DNA of 63,278 bases from Candidatus Nanopelagicales bacterium. GTDB lineage: Bacteria > Actinomycetota > Actinomycetes > S36-B12. The translations under genes were made by a program, and so were the position numbers. The DNA is taken from assembly GCA_030830865.1 (NCBI GenBank), contig JAURME010000090.1:1-63278 (forward strand), written 5' to 3'. Of this stretch, positions 38,623-52,759 are shown one piece after another; within the stretch, counting starts at the first letter, position 1, and each line of letters begins with the position of its first letter. Below the pieces are notes generated by a model, which had not been told where the DNA came from, did no database searches, and saw only the letters and a list, made by a program, of their open reading frames with translations.

Positions 38623-39297
38623 ATGGTCGGGCCCGACTCGGCCGCGGACCTCGTGGAGGATGGAGAGAATGTCGCATGGCTGCACGCCGGGTCGCGGCCG
38701 CACCCCGGTTGGGTGACGGCCCTCGGCCGTAACTCAGCGGCCATGGCCGATCTGGTGTGCGATCTCGTGGCTCGTCATGAGGTCACCGGATACACGGTGC
38801 CAGAGGCTGCCGGTGCCGAGGTCGCACTCCGGCTTGGTGGTGAGGATCCGCGGGACTGGTGCTGGTGGGTGCGCGAAGCGACCCCGGAGCCCGTGGGCGC
38901 GGCGGTCAACCTTGCCATGGACGATCCGCGCATCCTTCAATTGCTGAGTCACTCGCCGTCGGCCTACGTGCTGCCCGGCAATGAGCGGATCGTTCAGTGG
39001 TCAGGGGTCGAGGAGCGGGGAGAGCTGGCCGCGGTCGCTGGTGCCGTAGTGGAGAGATCCGGAGCTTGGCATCTGGTGAGCGTCTGCGTGCATCCCGACA
39101 GGCGCGGGGCGGGCCTCGCCGCTCACCCTTGCCGAGCGCTCGTCGACGCGGCCTATCGTGCCGGTGCGTCCGTCGTCGTCCTCGAGATGTACTCGGACAA
39201 CGAGCCCGGACGTCGCCTCTATCAGCGACTCGGGTTCACCGAGGCAGCCCGATTCCGGTCGTGCGTTCTCGATCCTGCTGTCCTTCTCCCGTTCTGA
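38623..39297 (+). CDS. GNAT family N-acetyltransferase
   Basis: V.PD.RG.GLA........A...GA....L.....N...R.LY..LGF acetyl-CoA binding core. Start uncertain. Confidence 0.7.
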   Translation: MVGPDSAADLVEDGENVAWLHAGSRPHPGWVTALGRNSAAMADLVCDLVARHEVTGYTVPEAAGAEVALRLGGEDPRDWCWWVREATPEPVGAAVNLAMDDPRILQLLSHSPSAYVLPGNERIVQWSGVEERGELAAVAGAVVERSGAWHLVSVCVHPDRRGAGLAAHPCRALVDAAYRAGASVVVLEMYSDNEPGRRLYQRLGFTEAARFRSCVLDPAVLLPF

Positions 39298-39340
39298 TGC
39301 TCCCGCCTGTGCCGACGCTGTCCCGTTCTAGGGTGCGGAC

Positions 39341-40669
39341 ATGACCCTGTTCGACGACGGCATGTCCGGAACCCGCCGGTCGGCGCCGCTCGCGGTCCGG
39401 ATGCGGCCGCAGAGCCTTGACGAGGTGGTGGGGCAGGAAGTGGCGCTCGGTACCGGATCGCCGTTGCGGACCCTCCTGACGGCATCGGCGGACGCACCCG
39501 TCGTCTCGGTCATCCTCTGGGGACCCCCGGGCACCGGCAAGACGACATTGGCGTCCCTCCTGAGCTCGGGTTCCGGCCGCACGTTCCGAGAGTTGTCCGC
39601 CGTCACCGCCGGTGTGAAGGATGTGCGCGCTGTGATTGAGCGCGCTCGCGATGATCTCGCCATGCAGGGACGCGGCACCGTCCTGTTCATCGATGAGGTG
39701 CACCGCTTCAGCAAGTCGCAGCAGGACGCGCTCCTGCCGGCCGTGGAGAACGGATGGGTCACGCTCATCGCGGCGACCACGGAGAACCCGAGCTTCTCGG
39801 TTATCGCCCCCCTCATGTCTCGCAGTGTCCTTGTCCGCCTCACGCCCCTGACCGACGCTCACGTGGAGCAGGTGCTGCGCAGGGCCGTCACGGATCCGCG
39901 TGGACTTGATGGTGGGATCGAAGTGGACGACGACGCCCTGGCGCATCTTGTGCGGACGGCGAACGGCGATGCACGCCGCGCCCTGACCGGTCTGGACGCA
40001 GCTGCGTCCTCCGTCTCTGATGGCGTCGAACGCGTGACACTGGCTGACGCCGAGCGGGCGGTTCAGCAGGCGGCGCTGGTCTACGACAAGGATGGTGACC
40101 AGCATTACGACGTCATCAGTGCGTTCATCAAGAGCGTGCGAGGCAGCGATCCCGATGCAGCACTCCATTATCTGGCCCGCATGCTGCAGGCAGGGGAGGA
40201 TCCGCGGTTCGTCGCTCGGCGACTGATGATCCTGGCCAGCGAGGACATCGGCATGGCCGAGCCCCAGGTGCTCCAGACGGCCGTGGCGGCCGCTCAGGCG
40301 GTGGCGATGGTGGGCATGCCCGAGGCGCAGATCATCCTGGCCCACGCGACCGTCCACGCGGCCATCGCCCCGAAGTCCAACGCCGTCGTCGTCGGGATAG
40401 GCGAGGCGATGGCCGACGTCCATGCGGGTGGCATCGGCCGCGTCCCCGCCCACCTGCGCGACGCCCACTATCCGGGGGCCGGTGCGCTGGGGCACGGTGC
40501 CCACTACGTGTACCCCCACGACATCGCTGAGGGCGTCGCCCGGCAGCAGTACCTCCCCGACGAACTGATCGGACGGGAGTACTACCGGCCGACGCATCGC
40601 GGGGCCGAGGCAGCCTGGGGCGACGTGGCCCGTCGTGTTGCAGAGCTCCGGGCACCCCTGGAGGACTGA
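39341..40669 (+). CDS. rarA: replication-associated recombination protein A (AAA+ ATPase)
   Basis: [33 protein letters not shown], and the C-terminal MgsA domain ([26 protein letters not shown]). Confidence 0.95.
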   Translation: MTLFDDGMSGTRRSAPLAVRMRPQSLDEVVGQEVALGTGSPLRTLLTASADAPVVSVILWGPPGTGKTTLASLLSSGSGRTFRELSAVTAGVKDVRAVIERARDDLAMQGRGTVLFIDEVHRFSKSQQDALLPAVENGWVTLIAATTENPSFSVIAPLMSRSVLVRLTPLTDAHVEQVLRRAVTDPRGLDGGIEVDDDALAHLVRTANGDARRALTGLDAAASSVSDGVERVTLADAERAVQQAALVYDKDGDQHYDVISAFIKSVRGSDPDAALHYLARMLQAGEDPRFVARRLMILASEDIGMAEPQVLQTAVAAAQAVAMVGMPEAQIILAHATVHAAIAPKSNAVVVGIGEAMADVHAGGIGRVPAHLRDAHYPGAGALGHGAHYVYPHDIAEGVARQQYLPDELIGREYYRPTHRGAEAAWGDVARRVAELRAPLED

Positions 40670-40717
40670 CCGCCGCAGAGTGAGGGCCGTGCGAGAGCCC
40701 CATTAGGCTGGGGGACC

Positions 40718-41007
40718 ATGCGAAGGATGGTGTGGGTGGCTCTGGGTGCCGCGGGCGGGATCGTCGCGTACCGCAAGGTGCAGCAGGCCATCGAGGACGC
40801 CCGGGAGCGCGGTGTGGTGCTGAGCGTCCAGCAGGTCGGCCTGTCGGCAGCGCAGGCACTCGCGACTGCCCGTGTCGTGGCCTCCGGTGCGGTCGCCGCC
40901 GCCGAGACCCGTGCGCGCGCGGGCGCTGGACCCGAGCAGACGACCTCAGCCGCAGCCCATGTGCTGCGCCGGGCCCCCCGACATGACGCGCCACGAGGAG
41001 AGCAGTG

Positions 41008-41008
<1 letters not shown>
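40718..41008 (+). CDS. small hypothetical protein with N-terminal TM helix, stop overlaps the alaS start
   Basis: 96 aa, begins MRRMVWVALGAAGGIVAY. TGA 41006-41008 overlaps the alaS ATG at 41008. Confidence 0.5.
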
Positions 41009-43683
<2,675 letters not shown>

Positions 43684-43686
43684 CCG

Positions 43687-44148
43687 GTGCGGACCGGTGT
43701 CCGTCTCGCGGTCGACGTGGGGTCGGTGCGGATCGGGCTGGCCCGCAGTGACGCGTCTGGCCTGCTTGCCGTTCCCTTGGAGGCCGTCCGTGCAGGAGAT
43801 ACTGCATGGGACGAGGTCGCACGCATCGCAGCCGAGTGGGACGCTCTCGAGATCTACGTGGGTCTGCCGCGGCACATGGACGGGCGTGAGGGCGATGCTG
43901 CCGAACGGGCTCGTGCCTGGGCCGCACTGCTGGCGGAACGTGTGTCCGCTCCGGTGCGTCTGCTCGATGAAAGGCTGTCCACGGTCCAGGCTCAGCGTGC
44001 CCTACGCGAGGCCGGACGCACGACACGCCAGTCGCGTTCAGTGATCGACAGCGCTTCGGCTGTCATGGTGCTTCAGTCGGCTCTGGATGCCGAGGCAGCG
44101 ACCGGGCGTGAGCCCGGTGGTCCGATCGATGAGGAGGCCGGCTCATGA
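43687..44148 (+). CDS. ruvX: Holliday junction resolvase-like / pre-16S rRNA nuclease RuvX (YqgF)
   Basis: LAVDVGSVRIGLARSD motif. DERLST. Confidence 0.9.
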   Translation: MRTGVRLAVDVGSVRIGLARSDASGLLAVPLEAVRAGDTAWDEVARIAAEWDALEIYVGLPRHMDGREGDAAERARAWAALLAERVSAPVRLLDERLSTVQAQRALREAGRTTRQSRSVIDSASAVMVLQSALDAEAATGREPGGPIDEEAGS

Positions 44149-45266
44149 GCCAGTTGGGTCCCCTCATGACCGAAGGACCGCTGCCTCCGTCACGGCACCA
44201 CAAGTCCTGGACGAAGAGGATCGTGGCGCTGCTGTCGCTCGCGATCGCCGCGGGGATGATCTTCGCCTCCGTACAACTCCTGCGGGGATCCCCACAGGAG
44301 GAGCAGGAGTTCGCGGGCGGCGGCACAGGGGAGGTGACCGTCGTGGTCGCCCGGGGTGACACCCTCAGTGAGATCGCCGCGAAACTGGAGGACGAGGGCG
44401 TCATCCTGTCTGCGGAGTCGTTCGTGAATGCGGCGAGTGTCGACGAGCGAGCGGGCACCATCGGTCCAGGCAAGTACACGATGCTTCGCCAGATGAGCTC
44501 GCTTGACGCCCTCGAACTCATGCTCGACCCTGCTGCCCGCGCGGACAGCAGGCTGGTGCTGCCGGAGGGGCTCCGCCTCGAGCAGACCGTCGAGGCCGCT
44601 TCAGCGTCGACAGACCTGCCGAAGCTGGACTTCCAGGAGGCCTTGCGCAGTCCAGCGACGCTGGGCCTACCGTCATGGGCCAAGGATCGTCCCGAAGGCT
44701 TCATGTTCCCCGCCACCTACGACATCGCCGGTGACGAGACTGCTGAGTCGCTTCTGCAGTCATTCGTCCGTCGCTTCAACCAGGCCAGTGTGGAAGTGGG
44801 GCTGGAGGAACGTGCCTCCGAGGTGGGGCTGAAGCCGTACAAGGTGCTCATCGTGGCTTCGCTTCTGCAGGCGGAGGTGCAGCCCAACGACTTCGCCAAG
44901 GCTGCCCGGGTCATCTACAACCGCCTGGATCAGGGAATGCCGCTGCAATTGGACTCCACAGTCTCGTACGCGCTCGGCATCACGGACATCCTCCTCGACG
45001 CGGAGCAGCTGGGGACGGAATCTCCCTTCAACACGTACCAGAACAAGGGTCTGCCTCCTCGTCCGATCAACTCCCCGGGCGAGGCAGCGATCGAGGCCGC
45101 GCTCAACCCGGCCAAGGGGGACTGGCTCTACTTCGTCACCGTTGACCCCGCCACGGGCGAGACGAGGTTCGCTGACGACTACGACCGCTTCCTGGCGCTG
45201 AAGAAGCAGTTCCAGGAGAACCTGGCCAAGGCTGAGCAGCAGGCGGAGAGCGGCACCGGTGAGTGA
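44145..45266 (+). CDS. mltG: endolytic murein transglycosylase MltG (YceG-like)
   Basis: N-terminal TM helix, LysM-like GDTLSEIA, ASLLQAE, NTYQNKGLPP.PI.SPG. Confidence 0.9.
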   Translation: MSQLGPLMTEGPLPPSRHHKSWTKRIVALLSLAIAAGMIFASVQLLRGSPQEEQEFAGGGTGEVTVVVARGDTLSEIAAKLEDEGVILSAESFVNAASVDERAGTIGPGKYTMLRQMSSLDALELMLDPAARADSRLVLPEGLRLEQTVEAASASTDLPKLDFQEALRSPATLGLPSWAKDRPEGFMFPATYDIAGDETAESLLQSFVRRFNQASVEVGLEERASEVGLKPYKVLIVASLLQAEVQPNDFAKAARVIYNRLDQGMPLQLDSTVSYALGITDILLDAEQLGTESPFNTYQNKGLPPRPINSPGEAAIEAALNPAKGDWLYFVTVDPATGETRFADDYDRFLALKKQFQENLAKAEQQAESGTGE

Positions 45267-46107
45267 CGAGCGGATCGGCTCCCGTGCTGGCCGGCATCGT
45301 GCCGCGGTGCTGGGATCACCCATCGACCACTCCCTGTCGCCGGCACTGCATCGGGCGGCGTACCGCAGTCTGGGTCTGGAGTGGACGTACGAGCCGTACG
45401 ACGTCGATGCCAAGGCGCTGCCGTCATTCCTGGCAGGCCTGGACGCCACGTGGGCCGGACTCTCCTTGACTATGCCGCTCAAGCAGGTGGTCATCTCGCT
45501 TCTGGACGAGGTCGACCCTGAAGCCGTGCAGTTGGCATCGGTCAACACGGTGCTGCCTCACCCCGGCGGTGGCTGGCGCGGCACGAACACCGACGTGTAC
45601 GGCATGGTGGAGTCCCTGTCGCAGGCTGGGCTGGGCAGCGTGCCTGGGACGGCCACGATCCTCGGAGCAGGTGCCACGGCACGCAGTGCGATCGCGGCCC
45701 TTGCCCGGCTCGGGTGCTCCCAGGTCGCGGTCTGCGCCCGACGACCGGAGGCAGTCGAAGGCCTGTCCGAGCTCGCGGAGCAGTTCGGCCTGTCTGCGCA
45801 GTGCTCGGATCTGACTCCGAACGCCGAGCTGATCGGTGCTGACCTCATCGTCAGCACGCTCCCCGGCGACGCGGCGGCGCCCTGGACGGAGTTGGCGGGG
45901 GGTGCCAGGGGAGCACTACTCGATGTGTCGTACCACCCGTGGCCCACGCCTCTGGCGGCTGCCTGGGGCGGTTCGGTGATCGCCAGTGGACGCGACATGC
46001 TCCTGTGGCAGGCGGTCGAGCAGGTGCGCCTCATGACTGGTGAGGAGCCGTCGGTGGCTGCGATGAGGCAGGCGCTTCCCTCGGACCCTGCCGCGCGTCC
46101 AGCCTGA
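45259..46107 (+). CDS. aroE: shikimate dehydrogenase
   Basis: [34 protein letters not shown]. Confidence 0.9.
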   Translation: MSDERIGSRAGRHRAAVLGSPIDHSLSPALHRAAYRSLGLEWTYEPYDVDAKALPSFLAGLDATWAGLSLTMPLKQVVISLLDEVDPEAVQLASVNTVLPHPGGGWRGTNTDVYGMVESLSQAGLGSVPGTATILGAGATARSAIAALARLGCSQVAVCARRPEAVEGLSELAEQFGLSAQCSDLTPNAELIGADLIVSTLPGDAAAPWTELAGGARGALLDVSYHPWPTPLAAAWGGSVIASGRDMLLWQAVEQVRLMTGEEPSVAAMRQALPSDPAARPA

Positions 46108-46145
46108 CGAACGACCGAGGAGGACCCTCTGGAAGGATTCGTGGC

Positions 46146-47327
46146 ATGGTGCGCTGGCTGACGGCAGGAGAATCACACGGTCCGGCTCTCGTGACGATCG
46201 CCGAGGGCCTTCCGGCCGGCATCCAGGTCTCCACCGATGTCGTCGCCGAAGATCTCGCCCGCCGCCGCCTCGGCGCCGGCCGCGGCGCCCGCATGAAATT
46301 CGAGCGGGACGAGGTGCGGTTCCTCGGTGGTGTCCGCCACGGGTGCACACTGGGGGGTCCGGTGGCCATCGAGGTCGGCAACACCGAGTGGCCCAAGTGG
46401 GAACAGGTCATGTCGCCCGATCCCGTGGATCCGGAGGTGCTCGAGGGCCTCGCGCGCAATGCCCCGCTGACGCGGCCCCGTCCGGGCCACGCCGACCTCG
46501 TCGGCATGCAGAAGTACGGCTTCAGTGACGCTCGCCCGATCCTCGAACGCGCCAGTGCCCGCGAGACCGCGGCACGGGTGGCCCTCGCGGCCGTGGCCCG
46601 GGCATTCCTGCGTCAGGCACTGGGAATCGAGGTGATCAGCCACGTTGTGCGCATCGGTGCCGCTGCGGTGCCGGATGGAGCACCGGTGCCCTCGGCATCC
46701 GACCTCTCGTCGATCGACGAGAGTCCGGTGCGTTGCTTCGATGCCGACGCCGCGGCCCGGATGGAGGAGGAGATCGCCTCGGCTCATCGTGACGGTGACA
46801 CCCTCGGTGGTGTCGTCGAGGTGGTCGCTGACGGACTCCCACCGGGCCTGGGCAGCCACGTGCACTGGGACCGACGCCTCGATGCCCGCTTGGCCGCGGC
46901 ACTCATGGGCATCCAGGCCATCAAGGGCGTCGAGGTGGGGGACGGCTTCGGGCTGGCCGCGATCCGCGGCTCGCAGGCACAGGACGAGATCATCGACGAG
47001 GACGGCCGGTTGATCCGCACGTCGGGCAAGTCCGGGGGCACGGAGGGAGGCATGTCGACCGGCGAGACGCTGCGCGTCCGTGCCGCGATGAAGCCCATCT
47101 CCACGATTCCCAAGGCTCTGCGCACCGTCGACGTCTCGTCGCGCGAGGCGGCCCCCGCCATCAACCAGCGCTCCGATGTCTGTGCGGTTCCCGCGGCCGG
47201 CGTGGTGGCCGAGGCGATGGTCCTCATGGTCCTCGCCGATGCCGTCCTGGAGAAGTTCGGTGGCGACAGCGTCGCCGAAGTTGCTCGCAATGCCCGGGGC
47301 TACCTCGACAGCCTGATCGTCCGATGA
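46146..47327 (+). CDS. aroC: chorismate synthase
   Basis: [27 protein letters not shown]-like blocks. Confidence 0.95.
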   Translation: MVRWLTAGESHGPALVTIAEGLPAGIQVSTDVVAEDLARRRLGAGRGARMKFERDEVRFLGGVRHGCTLGGPVAIEVGNTEWPKWEQVMSPDPVDPEVLEGLARNAPLTRPRPGHADLVGMQKYGFSDARPILERASARETAARVALAAVARAFLRQALGIEVISHVVRIGAAAVPDGAPVPSASDLSSIDESPVRCFDADAAARMEEEIASAHRDGDTLGGVVEVVADGLPPGLGSHVHWDRRLDARLAAALMGIQAIKGVEVGDGFGLAAIRGSQAQDEIIDEDGRLIRTSGKSGGTEGGMSTGETLRVRAAMKPISTIPKALRTVDVSSREAAPAINQRSDVCAVPAAGVVAEAMVLMVLADAVLEKFGGDSVAEVARNARGYLDSLIVR

Positions 47328-47863
47328 CGTCGCCCGCTGGCGGGCCGGTCGTGATCCTGATCGGGTCACCGGGCGCGGGCAAGTCGACCGTCGGACGTCG
47401 CGTGGCGAAGCAGCTTGGTGTGGCCTTCCTGGACAGCGACGCGGAGATCGAGCGCGAGGCGGGCATGAGCGTGTCAGACATCTTCGTCACCGAGGGCGAG
47501 GCAGCTTTCCGCGAGCGCGAGGCCGTGACGGTCCATCGGTGTCTGGTCGAGCATTCAGGCGTGCTGAGCCTCGGTGGGGGATCGGTCCTGCGGGACGAGA
47601 CGCGGGCTGCACTCGAGGGACATCGCGTCGTGTGGCTGAGGGTGTCGCTCTCCGATGCGGCTTCCCGCGTGGGAATGAACACGGCGCGACCGCTCCTGCT
47701 CGGCAACGTCCGGGCCACACTGGGGTCGCTGCTGGAGCAGCGCAATCCGATCTACGAGGCCGTGGCAACCGACGTGGTCGACACCTCCGGGCGCAGCCTG
47801 CGCCAGGTGGTCGAGGCCGTGATCGACAGGCTCGGCGAGGACCCTGGAGGGGAGCCGACGTGA
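47324..47863 (+). CDS. aroK: shikimate kinase
   Basis: [12 protein letters not shown] Walker A, DSD, LGGG. Confidence 0.9.
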   Translation: MTSPAGGPVVILIGSPGAGKSTVGRRVAKQLGVAFLDSDAEIEREAGMSVSDIFVTEGEAAFREREAVTVHRCLVEHSGVLSLGGGSVLRDETRAALEGHRVVWLRVSLSDAASRVGMNTARPLLLGNVRATLGSLLEQRNPIYEAVATDVVDTSGRSLRQVVEAVIDRLGEDPGGEPT

Positions 47864-48954
47864 CCGACGCTGTGATTGGTGTTTGGGCCGAACATGCCTA
47901 CGACGTCGTCATCGGCCGTGGACTGCTGGGGCACCTGCCCGGCATGCTCGACGGGGCTCAACGCGTGGCGATCATCCATCCGGGCGCGCTTGCCGCGACC
48001 GCAGCGATGATGCGTGATGACCTCGTCGACGACTTCGAGGTGACCCTCATCGAGGTCCCCGAGGCTGAGGATGCCAAGACCGCTGAGGTGGCAGCGTTCT
48101 GCTGGTCGGTCCTGGGCACCGCCGGCTTCACGCGGAGCGATGCGGTCGTGGGGCTGGGAGGTGGCGCCACCACGGACCTCGCCGGTTTCGTCGCGGCGAC
48201 CTGGCTCCGGGGCATCCGGGTGGTACAGATCCCCACCACCCTGCTGGGAATGGTCGACGCCGCGGTCGGTGGCAAGACCGGCATCAACACCGACGCGGGC
48301 AAGAACCTTGTCGGGAGCTTCTGGAGTCCGTCAGGCGTGCTGTGCGACCTCACGGCTCTGGAGACTCTGCCCCGCGAGGACCTTCTGGCCGGCATGGCGG
48401 AGGTCGTGAAGGTCGGATTCGTCCGGGACACCTCGATTCTGGACGACGTTCGCCGGGACCCCGACGCTGCGACCGACCCCCAGGGCGAACTTCTGGCCGA
48501 CCTGGTTCGGCGTGCGGTGCAGGTGAAGGCGGAAGTCGTGAGCGCAGACTTCCGGGAGACATCCGCGACGTCCGGTGACGGCTCCATCGGTCGGGAGGTG
48601 CTGAATTACGGTCACACTTTCGGCCATGCGGTCGAGAGGCGAGAGCGCTACCGCTGGCGTCACGGTGCCGCTGTGTCCGTGGGGATCATGTACGTCGCCG
48701 AGCTGGCCGCGCTCGGAGGGCGCCTCAGCGACGCGGACGTCGATCTGCACCGTGAGGTCCTCACGGCGCTGGGGCTGCCCGTGACCTATCCAGGCGGCCA
48801 CTGGGACGAACTGGCGGCCGCGATGGCGGTGGACAAGAAGTCCCGTGGGTCGATGCTGAGGTTCGTGGTCCTCAACGGGATAGGCAACCCCGGTGTCTGG
48901 GCCGGGCCGGACCAGGCATTCCTCACCGGTGCCTACGACGCCATCTCGGTCTGA
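47860..48954 (+). CDS. aroB: 3-dehydroquinate synthase
   Basis: Start trimmed to GTG 47860 (overlaps the aroK stop). GGGATTDLAGF, GGKTGIN, LNYGHTFGHA. Confidence 0.9.
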   Translation: MTDAVIGVWAEHAYDVVIGRGLLGHLPGMLDGAQRVAIIHPGALAATAAMMRDDLVDDFEVTLIEVPEAEDAKTAEVAAFCWSVLGTAGFTRSDAVVGLGGGATTDLAGFVAATWLRGIRVVQIPTTLLGMVDAAVGGKTGINTDAGKNLVGSFWSPSGVLCDLTALETLPREDLLAGMAEVVKVGFVRDTSILDDVRRDPDAATDPQGELLADLVRRAVQVKAEVVSADFRETSATSGDGSIGREVLNYGHTFGHAVERRERYRWRHGAAVSVGIMYVAELAALGGRLSDADVDLHREVLTALGLPVTYPGGHWDELAAAMAVDKKSRGSMLRFVVLNGIGNPGVWAGPDQAFLTGAYDAISV

Positions 48955-49005
48955 CTGGGTGCTCCTGACCCGGGTCCACGGGCTGTTCGGAGTAGGGTCC
49001 GGAGC

Positions 49006-49443
49006 ATGGCTCGCGTCCTCGTCCTGAACGGACCCAATCTCAACCGGCTCGGCACCCGGGAGCCGGACATCTACGGCCACGACACGTTTGACGACCTTGT
49101 GCGCGAGTGCGCTGCGACCGGCGAATCGCTGGGCCTGGAGGTCGAGGTGCGTCAGACGAACGACGAGTCCGAACTCATAGAGTGGCTCCATGAGGCCCAG
49201 GACACGGGCAGCGCCGTGGTCCTCAACCCCGCCGCCTTCACGCACTACTCCTACGCGCTGCGGGATGCCTGCGCCATGGTGGAGGGCCCGCTCATTGAGG
49301 TCCACCTCTCCAACCCGGCGGCACGGGAGGAGTTCCGTCACACATCGGTGGTCTCCGGGGTCGCGAACGGGACCATCGCGGGATTCGGCCTGGACTCCTA
49401 CCGTTTGGCCCTTCGCGCCGTCGCCGTCCTCCTCGCGGACTGA
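49006..49443 (+). CDS. aroQ: type II 3-dehydroquinate dehydratase
   Basis: VLNGPNLNRLGTREP..YG, NPAAFTHYS, EVHLSN. Confidence 0.95.
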   Translation: MARVLVLNGPNLNRLGTREPDIYGHDTFDDLVRECAATGESLGLEVEVRQTNDESELIEWLHEAQDTGSAVVLNPAAFTHYSYALRDACAMVEGPLIEVHLSNPAAREEFRHTSVVSGVANGTIAGFGLDSYRLALRAVAVLLAD

Positions 49444-49454
49444 GGCCCCAGGGC

Positions 49455-50531
49455 ATGGCCCCGGTGCACGCCTCTCGGCGATCCGCGCTGCGGGAGCGTC
49501 TACTCGACGCCGTAGGACCCCGGGCGCTGCTCGTCACCGATCATGCGAACATCCGCTATCTCAGTGGCTTCACCGGGAGCAACGCCATCCTCGTCGTGGG
49601 TCCCGACGCCCGCGACGACGTCATCGCGACGGATGGCCGGTACGTGGATCAGGTGGCCCACGAGTGCGACGACCTCCCGGCCATCATCGATCGTGCGACC
49701 CTCGCCGGAGTGCTGGCGGCGCTGCCCCCAGGGCCGCTGTGCGTGGAGCGGGGGCTGACGGTGGCCGACCAAGAGGTGGTCGCTGCGCAGCGAGGGATCC
49801 CGACCGTGGCGCCGTCGATCGTGGAGGAACTGCGCAGCATCAAGGACGTTGAAGAGCTGGACGACCTGGCGTGTGCGTGCCGGGTGACCTCGGTTGCTTT
49901 CGAGGCCCTGGCGGGTGAGGTCCGGATCGGCATGACCGAGCGGCAGCTGGCCCGTCGTCTGGAGCAGCTGTTCGGAGAGCTGGGTGCAGAGGATCGGGCG
50001 TTCCCCTCCATCATCGCGACCGGGCGGAACTCGGCCATTCCGCACCATCGTGCGGACGACACGGTGCTCGAGGAGGGTGACCTGCTCGTCGTGGACGCCG
50101 GTGCCCGGATCAACGGCTATCACGCCGACATGACGCGGACATGGATCCTGGGACGTGACCCGGAGGCCTGGCAGGCGGACATCCACCCGCACGTCCTCTC
50201 CGCGCAGGCATCGGCAATCGCCTGTGTCGAGCCGGGCCGGTCGGCGCTCGAGATCGATGCCGCGGCCCGCACTGTCCTTCGGGACGCTGGCCTGGAGGAG
50301 CGCTTCACCCACGGCCTGGGGCACGGAGTGGGGTTGGAGATCCATGAGGCGCCGAGTGTCGGTCCTCGCGCCACAGGTACCATTCACGTGAACATGGCGT
50401 TCACCGTCGAGCCGGGGATCTACCTCCCGGGCAGGGGCGGGGTACGCATCGAAGACACCCTCGTCGTCTTGGACGCGGGGTCACGTGTGCTCACCGAGGG
50501 CGTGCGGGACTTGCGCGTCGTCGGCGTCTGA
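49455..50531 (+). CDS. M24 family Xaa-Pro aminopeptidase/dipeptidase
   Basis: Creatinase-like N-domain. [39 protein letters not shown]. Confidence 0.9.
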   Translation: MAPVHASRRSALRERLLDAVGPRALLVTDHANIRYLSGFTGSNAILVVGPDARDDVIATDGRYVDQVAHECDDLPAIIDRATLAGVLAALPPGPLCVERGLTVADQEVVAAQRGIPTVAPSIVEELRSIKDVEELDDLACACRVTSVAFEALAGEVRIGMTERQLARRLEQLFGELGAEDRAFPSIIATGRNSAIPHHRADDTVLEEGDLLVVDAGARINGYHADMTRTWILGRDPEAWQADIHPHVLSAQASAIACVEPGRSALEIDAAARTVLRDAGLEERFTHGLGHGVGLEIHEAPSVGPRATGTIHVNMAFTVEPGIYLPGRGGVRIEDTLVVLDAGSRVLTEGVRDLRVVGV

Positions 50532-50550
50532 CCTCTCAGGAGCGCTGCCC

Positions 50551-51114
50551 GTGGCCACCACGAACGACCTCAAGAACGGACTCGTCCTCAACCTCGACGG
50601 CCAGTTGTGGGCCGTCGTCGAGTTCCAGCATGTGAAGCCCGGCAAGGGCGGTGCGTTCGTCCGGACCAAGCTCAAGAACGTGCTGTCGGGCAAGGTCGTC
50701 GACAAGACCTTCAACGCGGGCACCAAGGTCGAGACGGCCACCGTCGACAAGCGGGACATGCAGTACCTGTACAAGGACGGAACCGACTGGGTGTTCATGG
50801 ACACGCAGACGTACGACCAGGTGCAGGTGCCCGAGGCCACTGTCGGTGACGCCGCCAAGTATCTGCTGGAGAACCAGACCGCTGTTGTCGCCACCCACGA
50901 GGGTGCGGCCATCTACGTCGAACTCCCCGCGTCTGTCGAACTAATGGTGACGTACACCGAGCCCGGGCTCCAGGGCGATCGCTCGACGGGTGGCACGAAG
51001 CCCGCCACGCTCGAGACGGGCGCCGAGATCCAGGTGCCGCTGTTCCTCGAGTCGAACACCAAGGTCAAGGTCGACACCCGCGACGGGTCGTACCTCGGCC
51101 GCGTCAACGACTGA
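50551..51114 (+). CDS. efp: elongation factor P
   Basis: Start trimmed to GTG 50551. [36 protein letters not shown]. Confidence 0.95.
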   Translation: MATTNDLKNGLVLNLDGQLWAVVEFQHVKPGKGGAFVRTKLKNVLSGKVVDKTFNAGTKVETATVDKRDMQYLYKDGTDWVFMDTQTYDQVQVPEATVGDAAKYLLENQTAVVATHEGAAIYVELPASVELMVTYTEPGLQGDRSTGGTKPATLETGAEIQVPLFLESNTKVKVDTRDGSYLGRVND

Positions 51115-51117
51115 CCC

Positions 51118-51561
51118 ATGTCGGCACGAAGCAAGGCGCGGAAGCGAGCGCTGGACGTCCTTTACGAGGCCGATGTCCGCGGAACCGAGCCGGGCGTGGT
51201 CCTCGAGGCCACTCGGCTGCGACGCTTGGAGGAAGGGCAGGCCTCCATGAACGCGTATGTCGTCGATGTCGTCGAAGGGGTGACCCGCCACCGCGAGCAG
51301 ATCGACGAACTGCTGTCGAGCTACTCGATGGGATGGACCCTCGAGCGGATGCCGGCGGTCGATCGCGCGATCCTTCGGATCGGGACCTACGAGCTCATGT
51401 GGGCGGATGAGATTCCCGATGCGGTGGCGATCTCCGAGGCAGTGGCGTTGGCAACCGACCTGTCGACGGACGAGTCGCCCTCCTTCGTCAACGGTCTCCT
51501 CGGCCGGCTCATGGAGGTCAAGCCCCGCCTGGCCCCGGAAGCGGACCCTGCGGCCTCCTGA
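51118..51561 (+). CDS. nusB: transcription antitermination factor NusB
   Basis: RSKARKRALDVLYEAD..., ILRIGTYEL, INEAV-like ISEAVALA. Confidence 0.9.
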   Translation: MSARSKARKRALDVLYEADVRGTEPGVVLEATRLRRLEEGQASMNAYVVDVVEGVTRHREQIDELLSSYSMGWTLERMPAVDRAILRIGTYELMWADEIPDAVAISEAVALATDLSTDESPSFVNGLLGRLMEVKPRLAPEADPAAS

Positions 51562-51581
51562 TCCTCCGACCGAGGCCGCCG

Positions 51582-52097
51582 TCAGTTCGTGACCGCCGTG
51601 ACGTTCAGGGTGGTCATCCCATCGCCCTCACCTGCCACCACCGACACTGTTCGCGTGCTGGACCGGAACTCGCGCATGAGTGTGCCGCCGAGGTCAGCCT
51701 CCTGCTCCAGGGTGTAGCCCGTGGCTTCCAGCGCCGACGAGTACGTGTCCATCGCGTCGGCTGGAGCCTCGGAGGTGGTCCACATCGCGTAGGCGGTCCC
51801 GTCAGCCTGCACGGTCACCATCGAGAGTTCGCCTCCCTCATACAGTGGCACGTCACCCGGCCAGGTGTCCGGGATGGAGATGCCTTCGCCGACGGCCATC
51901 TCGTTGCCCTCGTCATCGGTGACCGTCAGCGAGTTGTCACTGATGTCGACGTCGCCGCCCATGACATCCTCGGCGACCTGCTCGGCAGCGTTCTGGGCGA
52001 CGTTCTCTGCGACGTTGCCGCACGCACTGATCCCGGGCAGGGCGAGCAGTCCTGCGGCCGTGAGCGCGACGAGTCTGATGCTGTGTGCACTGGTCAT
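51582..52097 (-). CDS. lipoprotein of unknown function
   Basis: Lipobox LPGISAC after a signal peptide. Acidic beta-rich body. Confidence 0.6.
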   Translation of the reverse strand: MTSAHSIRLVALTAAGLLALPGISACGNVAENVAQNAAEQVAEDVMGGDVDISDNSLTVTDDEGNEMAVGEGISIPDTWPGDVPLYEGGELSMVTVQADGTAYAMWTTSEAPADAMDTYSSALEATGYTLEQEADLGGTLMREFRSSTRTVSVVAGEGDGMTTLNVTAVTN

Positions 52098-52232
52098 GGT
52101 GGCTCCCCTTTCATCCCTCTCAGGCTAGGCGGCCCACCGTCGCGAAGACGGATCCTGGAGCGGCGGCTGGCCGAAGGGTGACCGGTCAGCGACGTGAGCC
52201 GATGGGCCGCTCGCGCGCGTGCCCTCCGCTTC

Positions 52233-52247
52233 CTCGTGCCCCGGGTG
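52233..52247. repeat. 15-nt ctcgtgccccgggtg, outer decayed copy of the tRNA(CAA) 3'-end att-like repeat
   Basis: 12 nt match tRNA positions 53411-53422. All 15 nt match 52309-52323. Confidence 0.6.
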
Positions 52248-52311
52248 ATCACTTCGCTCAACCCGTGACACTCGCTCGGCAGAGCCACGCAAGCGCGGTC
52301 TGCGCTCGCTC

Positions 52312-52330
52312 GTGCCCCGGGTGGGATTCG
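52312..52330. repeat. 19-nt gtgccccgggtgggattcg, direct repeat of the 3' end of tRNA(CAA) (53411-53429)
   Basis: Exact 19/19 identity, same orientation. Confidence 0.85.
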
Positions 52331-52759
52331 GACTACGGCGACGCTGGAATCCATGGGTGAAACTGGCTGTTTGTGAAGGCATCGCGGCCCTTAGCTAGGT
52401 GGGGATTGGTGCGGATTGGTGCTCCCTTGGGGTCATGGTGTGCACCCGATGTGCACCGGATTCCACTGCGAGGTTTAGCCCCCGACCCCTCGGAGTAGAA
52501 CCCGTTGTCCGACCCGAATGAGGAGTCATGACGGGTGAGAAAGCGCTGCCGAGCCTCCTGGCATGGAGACCGGGGAGGGTGCGTGTCCGTGCGCGCCCCA
52601 CCCGGGGTAGCCCCCAGGCCTCGCGCACTCCCCGCCATGCGAATAAACCGCGCATGGCTCGTCGGTCAAGTATTTTTGGCGAGCCGGCAATAGGTGCCCA
52701 CCCGGCGGATTGACAAGAGACCGTGGCACGCCACTACTGCCGGGTTAATGGGACGTTCC